A DNA stretch of 64,000 nt. Origin: an uncultured Woeseiaceae bacterium (GTDB lineage: Bacteria > Pseudomonadota > Gammaproteobacteria > Steroidobacterales > Woeseiaceae). The notes under the pieces are model-generated. The model saw only the letters and a list, made by a program, of their open reading frames with translations, was not told the DNA's origin and did no database searches. Positions 57,057-64,000 of the stretch are shown piece by piece (positions within the stretch are counted from its first letter, which is position 1; every line of letters starts with the position of its first letter). The translations under genes were made by a program, and so were the position numbers. The stretch lies in assembly GCA_964654975.1 (NCBI GenBank), contig CAZZKW010000002.1:34686-98685 (forward strand), in the 5' to 3' direction.

Positions 57057-58087
57057 CCGGCGCGCCTGAAACTGTGCAGAAGATAAAGAGAAACAGTGAA
57101 CAGCAGCATTGCTACCGCCTGATGCATGACGCCGAGAAGCACCGGCACGGATAACAACAGCGTCGAAATGCCAAGCGCAACCTGCAGCAATACCGTGTGC
57201 AGCAAGGCGTTGACTGCGGGTCGACTGCGCGGCAGCAGCGTGGTGTTGCGTGCTTTAAGCCAGAAGCCGATGACAGCGACCAGCGTAGTAATTGCAAGTA
57301 TGCGGTGGTCCAATTGCACGGTCGTCGGATTGTCGAAAAAGTTACGCCAAAAGGGCTCGAGTGCCATCGTCCCCGGGGGAATCCAATGTTCGCCCATCAA
57401 CGGAAAGGTGTTGTAGATCTTGCCCGCCTTGAGTCCGGCGACGAAACCGCCCGAAAGGATCGTCATCGACGTCAAAATCGTCAATGCCAGCGATTTTCCG
57501 TACAAGGGATGCCGCTCATTGCTACTGGTCGGGAACAGCAGTGACATCGCGACCCAGAACATATATGCGTAGATGATAAAAGCCGCTGCAAGATGCGCCG
57601 TCAAACGATACTGGCTGACGTGCGGCAGGTCGACCAGACCGCTTTTGACCATGTACCAGCCAAGTACTCCCTGCATACCGCCCAACACAAACATCAACAA
57701 ATACTTGGGCCATTCGGTCGGTCGGATATAACCCCGGGTGACGAAGAAAACGAACGGAGCGAGAAATACGATGCCAATGGTTCTGCCAAGCAGGCGATGC
57801 AGGTACTCCAGCCAAAAAATGCTCTTGAACGCATCGACGTCCATGTGAGAGTTCACCTTGAGAAATTCTGGCGATTGCCGGTACAGATCGAACACGCGCT
57901 GCCATTCAGAGTCGCCGAAGGGCGGTAGCCAGCCGGTTAGCGGTCGCCAATCCGCCATTGAGAGCCCGGACCCCGTCAGGCGGGTGAAACCGCCCAGAAC
58001 GACCATCGCGAATACAAGACCGCAACAGATCAACAGCCATTTCGCGACGCTGCGATTTCGTGAGCGGATTTGGTCTGAATCGAGCAT
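57053..58087 (-). CDS. ctaA: Heme A synthase (COX15/CtaA)
   Basis: 344 aa with 8 hydrophobic helices. Contains GGFTRLTGSGLSM, EYLHRLLG and conserved His pairs. The stop overlaps the hemN ATG (ATGA). Confidence 0.85.
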   Translation of the reverse strand: MLDSDQIRSRNRSVAKWLLICCGLVFAMVVLGGFTRLTGSGLSMADWRPLTGWLPPFGDSEWQRVFDLYRQSPEFLKVNSHMDVDAFKSIFWLEYLHRLLGRTIGIVFLAPFVFFVTRGYIRPTEWPKYLLMFVLGGMQGVLGWYMVKSGLVDLPHVSQYRLTAHLAAAFIIYAYMFWVAMSLLFPTSSNERHPLYGKSLALTILTSMTILSGGFVAGLKAGKIYNTFPLMGEHWIPPGTMALEPFWRNFFDNPTTVQLDHRILAITTLVAVIGFWLKARNTTLLPRSRPAVNALLHTVLLQVALGISTLLLSVPVLLGVMHQAVAMLLFTVSLYLLHSFRRAG

Positions 58088-58174
58088 TGAATGGAAGGCC
58101 TTTCAACTGCTGCAGGAGTGAGCGATTCTAGCAGGCGAAAAGCCACCTACGTCAATGCGTGATAACCTCAATCC

Positions 58175-59329
58175 ATGAATATTTCGGACTGCAACAACAT
58201 CATGGATTTTCGCCGCATCGCGAAGCGGAAGTTGCCGTCACCTATTTTTCATTACCTTGATGGTGGTGCGGACGATGAATGGACCCTGGGCCGAAACAGT
58301 ACCGCCTTCAACGACTATGAACTCTTGCCGGCGCAGCTATCCGACGTCAGCAAACTGAGCCTGAAGACGACCTTGTTTGGTGAGCCGCTGGATTGGCCCG
58401 TGATCATTTCTCCGACCGGTGCGTCGAAGCTGTTTCACGCGGCTGGCGAGCCGGCCGTCGTGCGGGCCGCTGAGAAGTTCGGCATGATTTACAGTCTCTC
58501 GACGCTCGGGACGACTTCCATTGAGGATGTTGCTGCGGCGGGGCAGTGCCCGATGATGTTCCAGATCTACGTTTTCAAAGATCGCGGTCTGACGACCGAG
58601 TTCGTCAGGCGCTGTAAGGCGGCTGGGTACAAAGCGTTGTGTCTTACCGTGGACACTCCGGTGGCGGGTAATCGTGAACGCGACAATATTTACGGAATCG
58701 CGTCCGGCAGGCTAAAACTTCGCGGCGTAATGAGTGTGTTACGTCACCCGTGGTGGCTGTATCGGGCGACGATTCGCAAAGACCTCGAAATTGTGAACGT
58801 GACTGCCAGTCGTGGTTCTGAGCAATTCAGCGACCAGAGCATCAAGGAATACATTGACAGTCAATTTGATCGTTCGCTGACCTGGAAGGACGTGGAATGG
58901 CTGGCTGATCTGTGGCAGGGACCCTTGGTGATCAAGGGTGTCCAGACGGTAGCCGATTGCAGAAATGCCGCCAATTCCGGTGCGACCGCAGTCATGTTGT
59001 CGAACCATGGCGGTCGACAACTGGAAGCAGCGCCAGCGCCTGTGGACTGCATTGCCGATGTGGCGGATGCGCTGCATGATCGGCTGGAAATAATCTGTGA
59101 TGGCGGCGTGCGTCGCGGCACGCACGTTGTGAAGGCACTTGCGCTCGGCGCGAACGCCTGCAGCATCGGGCGTGGCTATCTGTACCCGCTCGCGGCCGGT
59201 GGTCAGACGGGGGTCGAACGCGCTCTGATGTTATTGCGCGAGGAGGTTGAGCGCACTCTCGCGTTGCTGGGATGCGATTCCATTGACAAGCTCGGATCGA
59301 GATTCGTTCGGCATCGAGGTCGCCACTAG
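58175..59329 (+). CDS. FMN-dependent alpha-hydroxy acid dehydrogenase (L-lactate dehydrogenase-like)
   Basis: 384 aa. Contains YLDGGADDE, LTVDTPVAGNRERD, SNHGGRQL and DGGVRRG. Confidence 0.85.
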   Translation: MNISDCNNIMDFRRIAKRKLPSPIFHYLDGGADDEWTLGRNSTAFNDYELLPAQLSDVSKLSLKTTLFGEPLDWPVIISPTGASKLFHAAGEPAVVRAAEKFGMIYSLSTLGTTSIEDVAAAGQCPMMFQIYVFKDRGLTTEFVRRCKAAGYKALCLTVDTPVAGNRERDNIYGIASGRLKLRGVMSVLRHPWWLYRATIRKDLEIVNVTASRGSEQFSDQSIKEYIDSQFDRSLTWKDVEWLADLWQGPLVIKGVQTVADCRNAANSGATAVMLSNHGGRQLEAAPAPVDCIADVADALHDRLEIICDGGVRRGTHVVKALALGANACSIGRGYLYPLAAGGQTGVERALMLLREEVERTLALLGCDSIDKLGSRFVRHRGRH

Positions 59330-59473
59330 CGTGCTGCATCTCATGATAATCGCGAGCGCTACACATTCTTGCGGGAATTGCCGGGCATTTGCGAGTACTA
59401 TTTGGTGTACGGTGCCCATTGCGGGCACAGCGTTGCAGCCGCCATCCAGCGGCAGTTTTGTGAAGAGGTAGTT

Positions 59474-59686
59474 ATGTCAGGCGAAAGAGTTGAAGGAACC
59501 GTAAAGTGGTTCAACGACGATAAGGGATTCGGTTTTATCGAACGCGAAGGTGGTCCGGACGTATTTGTTCACCATACCGCGGTACAGATGGAAGGATTCA
59601 AGTCCCTGAAAGAGGGACAGAAGGTCTCAATGGAAGTGACCCAGGGCGAGAAAGGGCCGCAGGCAGAGAACGTAATCGCGGAGTAA
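59474..59686 (+). CDS. Cold-shock protein (CspA family)
   Basis: ORF 59369..59686. I prefer the ATG at 59474 after GAAGAGG. Contains [15 protein letters not shown] (RNP1) and DVFVHH (RNP2). 70 aa. Confidence 0.9.
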   Translation: MSGERVEGTVKWFNDDKGFGFIEREGGPDVFVHHTAVQMEGFKSLKEGQKVSMEVTQGEKGPQAENVIAE

Positions 59687-59824
59687 GTCTGGCCGTTCCC
59701 GGCCGGCATCAGCGCAGCGACGAATCGAACCGGAACCAGCGCCGGCGCGACTTCGTGTTGTGCGCCCCGATGATCGGCCGCCCGCTCTTTCGCCTCTGCA
59801 GGACCAACAAAAGGAAAACCGGCT

Positions 59825-60205
59825 GTGAAGATTCGTATCAGAGACAATTCCCTTCGACTGCGTCTGACCCGTAGCGAAGTTGAGGCTATGCGCGAAGTCG
59901 GAGCGGTAACTTCTGCCACCGGTTTTCCCGGCGGTAAGCGACTTTGCTACTCACTGCAAAGCAGTCCGGCCAGCACCAGTCCGGCCGCACTCTATGCGGA
60001 AAACGAAATCATCGTGCGAATACCGGAAGCGACTGTTTTGGCCTGGGCCACCACAGAGCAGGTTTCGATTATGGGCGATCAAGTACTCGACGACGGACAG
60101 ATGCTCAGTATTCTGGTGGAAAAGGATTTCGTCTGCCTCGTGCCGCGGGACGGTGAAGATGAGTCGGACATGTTCGTGAATCCTGACAAGGACATGAAAT
60201 CCTGA
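59825..60205 (+). CDS. Hypothetical protein
   Basis: 126 aa with a GTG start. No motif I can name with confidence. Confidence 0.5.
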   Translation: MKIRIRDNSLRLRLTRSEVEAMREVGAVTSATGFPGGKRLCYSLQSSPASTSPAALYAENEIIVRIPEATVLAWATTEQVSIMGDQVLDDGQMLSILVEKDFVCLVPRDGEDESDMFVNPDKDMKS

Positions 60206-60223
60206 TAAGGAAAAAGGTAGCAG

Positions 60224-60919
60224 ATGAAGAAGAATCGCTACAGCCGATTTGAAAAAAGGACAATCAAATTCCTTCGCGAGTTGCGCGAAAACAATAATCG
60301 CGAATGGTTTAAGGTTAACAAGGCTCGCTACGACGAGGATGTGCTCGATGTTGCGTTGCGCTTTATTCAATCGATGCAGCAGCCGTTGGCGGATTTCGCG
60401 CCGAATTTCACGGCCGTAGCTACCCGCATGGGCGGTTCTCTGATGCGGGTTTACCGCGATACCCGTTTCTCAAACAACAAGCTGCCCTACAAAACGAATA
60501 TTGGTATTCAGTTTCGCCACGAGCGTGCCAAGGATGTGCATTCGCCGGGATATTACGTGCACATAGACCCGGACGAAGTATTCATAGGCGTCGGCATGTG
60601 GCGTCCCGATTCCGAACCCTTACGACAGATTCGCGAGCGCATCGCCGCGAAGAGTCCGCAGTGGCAACGAGCGATCAGTACCCCGGCGTTCAAACGGCAT
60701 TTCAGTCTGGGCGGCGAGTCTTTGCAGCGCCCGCCTCGTGGCTTCGACAAAGAACACCCGATGATCGACGACATCAAACGCAAGAGTTTCATTGCCGTTC
60801 GAACGATGTCGCTCGAAGATTGCCTGAAACCGCAGTTTCAACGCAGTGTTGAAACCTCGTTCAAGCAGGCGACGCCCTATATGGAGTTTTTGTGTGCGGC
60901 GGTCGGGGTGAAGTTCTAG
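60224..60919 (+). CDS. DUF2461 (TIGR02453) family protein
   Basis: 231 aa. Contains FLRELRENNNREWF, YRDTRFSNNKLPYKT and GYYVHIDPDEVFIGVGMW. Confidence 0.8.
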   Translation: MKKNRYSRFEKRTIKFLRELRENNNREWFKVNKARYDEDVLDVALRFIQSMQQPLADFAPNFTAVATRMGGSLMRVYRDTRFSNNKLPYKTNIGIQFRHERAKDVHSPGYYVHIDPDEVFIGVGMWRPDSEPLRQIRERIAAKSPQWQRAISTPAFKRHFSLGGESLQRPPRGFDKEHPMIDDIKRKSFIAVRTMSLEDCLKPQFQRSVETSFKQATPYMEFLCAAVGVKF

Positions 60920-61503
60920 CGGCCTAACGCGCTTCGCAGTTCTCGTAACAACGTGGCCGGGTCCGGCCGATCAGTGATGAATTTCGATAACTCGGTGTAG
61001 TGGATGATCCCGTCGGGATCGACGACCAGCGCTGTTGGCCAGATCGTGTCCGCTCCATATTCTTTGCGATGTTCATCGGGTACGCCGGATTCCTGCAGCA
61101 AGCCAAGTTGCCGGGTCACAGCGAGATCAGCGTCCAGCCAAAAGTCGAATTCGACCTCGAAGAATTCTGCCACGCGGCGGGTCGTCTCCAGCGGTTTTGG
61201 AGTGACGAGTATCAATCGAGCGCCGAGGCCGATGATGTCCTTGTAATGAACGCTCAGGTTTTCGATCTGCGAGCTGCAAAACGGACACCAGTTGCCGCGG
61301 ACAAACAGTAACACCGCGGCGCTGCCGTGGAGTTCAGTTGATCGGACCGGGTTGCCGCTTTCGTCGACTGCACGAAAATCCGGCAGTGCGTGCCCCTGGC
61401 GCAGTTGCGGCGGTACGGGTCGGCGAACCGGGCGAAAACGCCAGTAGGCGATTGCGCCGGCGGCGAGAATGGCGGCAAGAATTATCGGTGTGGTTTCGGC
61501 CAT
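60916..61503 (-). CDS. Membrane-anchored AhpC/TSA (redoxin) family protein
   Basis: ORF 60916..61605. I prefer Met at 61503 (MAETTPIILAAILAAGAIAYW, a TM anchor). Contains LLFVRGNWCPFCSSQ. Confidence 0.7.
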   Translation of the reverse strand: MAETTPIILAAILAAGAIAYWRFRPVRRPVPPQLRQGHALPDFRAVDESGNPVRSTELHGSAAVLLFVRGNWCPFCSSQIENLSVHYKDIIGLGARLILVTPKPLETTRRVAEFFEVEFDFWLDADLAVTRQLGLLQESGVPDEHRKEYGADTIWPTALVVDPDGIIHYTELSKFITDRPDPATLLRELRSALGR

Positions 61504-61589
61504 AGTTTCGCAGTATCGCCTTCGACTGGCCGTAGACACAAGGGCGGTTTTGTGGATACTGACAGGCGCCCACTCCCGCACGGAATTCG

Positions 61590-63524
61590 ATGAGTAACAA
61601 TCCAATAATTTGGCAGCCGGACACCGGTCGAATCCAGGACTCGGCGATGTTCCGCTTCATGCGACAGCAGGGGTTTGACGACTACGACTCGCTGCATCGT
61701 TGGTCCATCGACGATTCGCCGGCGTTTTGGACGGCGCTTTGCGACTATTGCGGTATACGCTTCGAGCGCCCGGCGGAATCGATTCTTTCTCGTCCCGAGA
61801 GCATCATCGACGCCGGCTGGTTCGCGGGTGCAGAGCTTAATTTCGCGGCACATCTTCTGCGCCATACCGGTAGCAAGGCAGCGCTTGTATTCTGCGGCGA
61901 GGACGGTGCCCGGCGAGAAATCAGTCGCGATGACTTGCGGGCGACAGTCGCGCGCGTGGCAGAGTCTTTGCGCGGCTGCGGCGTACGCAAAGGCGATCGT
62001 GTCGCGGGTCTGCTGCCAAACTGCCCGGAGGCAGTCATCGCTATGCTCGCAACGACGAGTATCGGTGCGATCTGGTCGTCGTGTTCGCCGGATTTTGGTA
62101 GCAACGGTGTTATCGACCGCTTCGGTCAGATCGAGCCCAAGGTCCTGTTCGTTGCCAATGCGTACTACTACAACGGCAAGACTTGTGACCTGCGTGCGAC
62201 GGTCGCGAGTGTTGCGGCGGCGATGCCGTCGTTGCTGAAAACCGTGGTGGTGCCGTTTGTCGGCTCGGCCTCAACAAGAATCGGAATTGATAACGAAGTA
62301 GCCTGGAGCGAGTTCCAGGCGGACGATGCGGCCCTTGAGTTCACGCCAGTCGAATTCAATCACCCGCTGTACATCATGTACTCCTCCGGGACTACCGGCG
62401 TTCCCAAATGCATCGTGCACGGACACGGCGGCACGCTGCTGCAGCAGAGCAAAGAGCACGTCCTGCACACCGGCGTGACCGAGCAGGACACGTTGTTCTA
62501 TTTCACGACCTGCGGCTGGATGATGTGGAATTGGCTGGTCTGCGGTCTTGGAACGGGTGCCACGCTGATTCTTTTTGACGGAGCGCCGTTCTTCAGGGAC
62601 GGCCGCATACTGTGGGAGATCGCGGAGCGTGAGGGCATTTCTATTTTTGGCACCAGCGCCAAGTATATCTCCGCGTTGCAAAATACCGCTGTCCGTCCCG
62701 CGGTGGATTTTTCGCTACCGGAGTTGCGAGTGGTGCTATCGACCGGATCGCCGCTGGCGCCGGAAAGTTTCGACTTTGTGTATGAGGTGATCGGTGACGA
62801 CCTGCAACTTTCCTCGATTTCGGGCGGCACGGACATACTGAGTTGTTTCGCGCTGGGAAATCCGATATTGCCGGTCCGCCGCGGGGAATTGCAATGCAAA
62901 GGTCTCGGGATGGCGACGGATGTTTTCGATGAGCAAGGTAACTCGATCGTTGGTGAACACGGTGAGTTGGTTTGCACCCGGCCGTTTCCGTCAACGCCGA
63001 CCGGGTTCTGGAACGACGCAGACGGTGCGCGTTACCGGGCGGCGTACTTCGAACGCTTCGACGGTGTATGGGCGCAGGGTGATCTCGCCGAGCTGACCGA
63101 CAGCGGTGGACTGGTCATACACGGGCGCTCGGACGCGGTGCTCAATCCGGGCGGCGTGCGTATCGGTACGGCCGAAATATACCGCCAGGTCGAGAAACTC
63201 GACGAAGTCGTCGAGAGTATCGCCATCGGCCAGAACTGGCAGGATGACGTTCGTATTGTGCTGTTTGTCCTGCTGCGTGACGGCGTCGACCTCGATGACG
63301 ACTTGATTGCGCGGATTAAAACGACTTTGCGTGACAACGCGACGCCCCGTCACGTACCGGCGAAAATAATTTCGGTCGCGGACATCCCACGCACCAAGAG
63401 CGGTAAGATTGTCGAGCTGGCCGTGCGTGCAGTGGTGCACGGTGAGGCGGTCAGGAACACTGCGGCAATTGCTAATCCCGAAGCGCTTGAGCACTACCGC
63501 GGTCTTTCTCAACTTGAAACCTGA
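61590..63524 (+). CDS. acsA: Acetoacetate--CoA ligase (acetoacetyl-CoA synthetase)
   Basis: 644 aa. The N-terminus [23 protein letters not shown] is typical of acetoacetyl-CoA synthetase. Contains [10 protein letters not shown] and TKSGKI. Confidence 0.85.
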   Translation: MSNNPIIWQPDTGRIQDSAMFRFMRQQGFDDYDSLHRWSIDDSPAFWTALCDYCGIRFERPAESILSRPESIIDAGWFAGAELNFAAHLLRHTGSKAALVFCGEDGARREISRDDLRATVARVAESLRGCGVRKGDRVAGLLPNCPEAVIAMLATTSIGAIWSSCSPDFGSNGVIDRFGQIEPKVLFVANAYYYNGKTCDLRATVASVAAAMPSLLKTVVVPFVGSASTRIGIDNEVAWSEFQADDAALEFTPVEFNHPLYIMYSSGTTGVPKCIVHGHGGTLLQQSKEHVLHTGVTEQDTLFYFTTCGWMMWNWLVCGLGTGATLILFDGAPFFRDGRILWEIAEREGISIFGTSAKYISALQNTAVRPAVDFSLPELRVVLSTGSPLAPESFDFVYEVIGDDLQLSSISGGTDILSCFALGNPILPVRRGELQCKGLGMATDVFDEQGNSIVGEHGELVCTRPFPSTPTGFWNDADGARYRAAYFERFDGVWAQGDLAELTDSGGLVIHGRSDAVLNPGGVRIGTAEIYRQVEKLDEVVESIAIGQNWQDDVRIVLFVLLRDGVDLDDDLIARIKTTLRDNATPRHVPAKIISVADIPRTKSGKIVELAVRAVVHGEAVRNTAAIANPEALEHYRGLSQLET

Positions 63525-63534
63525 GGCCTGTTCA

Positions 63535-64000
63535 ATGTCCGACTCCGAATTCATAGGCACTGAGATTATTCGCGGCAGCGTATTGCCCGAATGGATCGAT
63601 GTTAACGATCACATGAACGTCGCCTACTATGTTCTGGCGTTCGATTCTGCGGTCGATACGCTGTGGGAAAATTTCGGGATTACCCACGATCACGTGAGTG
63701 CTACCGGCAGTTCGACGTTTGCGGTCGAGAGTCATATCACCTGGCAGCGCGAGATGGCTGTTGCCGAGCCCTATGTCATCACGTCACAATTGCTGGCCTA
63801 CGACGACAAACGGATTCATCAATTCATGCGCATGTATCACGCAGAGAAACGGTATCTGGCATCAACGGCCGAATGGCTAAACCTGCACGTCGATCTTTCT
63901 GTCCGCAAAGTTACTCCCTGGCCGGACCCCATTCGCGAACACATCGCCGCGTTCGCGGACTCGCAACGGACCTCTGGGTGGCCACCGGAAGCGGGCAAGC
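63535..64000 (+). CDS. Hotdog-fold thioesterase-like protein (3' end runs off the window)
   Basis: Absent from the track because it has no stop. My translation from the ATG at 63535 reads MSDSEFIGTEIIRGSVLPEWIDVNDHMNVAYYVLAFDSAVD..FAVESHITWQRE. The DxNxHxN-AxY pattern is that of 4HBT-type thioesterases. Confidence 0.6.
   Translation, partial: MSDSEFIGTEIIRGSVLPEWIDVNDHMNVAYYVLAFDSAVDTLWENFGITHDHVSATGSSTFAVESHITWQREMAVAEPYVITSQLLAYDDKRIHQFMRMYHAEKRYLASTAEWLNLHVDLSVRKVTPWPDPIREHIAAFADSQRTSGWPPEAGK

Noticed and set aside
1-64000. CRISPR arrays, tRNA/rRNA genes, IS elements, integrases and prophage blocks
   Set aside because: I saw no spaced identical repeats of 25-40 bp, no cloverleaf-like or rRNA-like segments in the intergenic regions, and no transposase, integrase or phage structural ORFs. 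A tRNA or Rfam scan would be needed for formal exclusion.

Overview
Dense chromosomal segment with about 58 CDS on both strands. Hand-counted samples of core genes give about 55% G+C. Gene content suggests a marine heterotrophic gammaproteobacterium (oadGAB Na+ pump, a DmdA-like gene, many secreted peptidases), but the taxon is inference only. I recognised no rRNA, tRNA, CRISPR array, transposase or integrase by eye. Blocks from left to right: (1) a TonB-dependent receptor (truncated at the window edge), an MTHFR-family gene, a TPR-sulfotransferase, secreted M20 and S9 peptidases, a small 2OG-oxygenase-like protein, a DmdA-like GcvT-family gene and a second S9 paralogue. (2) DoxX, glpQ-glpT and an orphan secreted protein. 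(3) The most interesting block: a 791-aa monooxygenase/Old-Yellow-Enzyme fusion (2-aminobenzoyl-CoA monooxygenase/reductase or salicylyl-CoA 5-hydroxylase type). It sits divergent from a tightly packed 10-gene MarR-led operon of CoA-thioester enzymes that includes an atypical Rid protein, and there is no aryl-CoA ligase in the cluster. (4) GST, then a TLC/NTT-like transporter translationally coupled to fadD. (5) Two AT-rich islets carrying orphan genes; one islet is preceded by three perfect AATTTCACA direct repeats. (6) A long FadE-type ACAD, an amidohydrolase, ALDH3, GFA, ApbE, Dcp and HupE. (7) A candidate envelope operon: beta-lactamase-fold hydrolase, then a secreted SH3b / Glu-Val-rich / S74 self-cleaving tail-fibre-like protein, then an AhpD-like protein. 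(8) oadGAB plus a GT2 gene. (9) A beta-alanine catabolic module with an M20 dipeptidase. (10) ilvE, ctaA-hemN, an FMN hydroxyacid dehydrogenase, csp, DUF2461, a redoxin, acetoacetyl-CoA synthetase and a truncated thioesterase. All functional calls come from reading the translated ORFs for family motifs; no database search was run.
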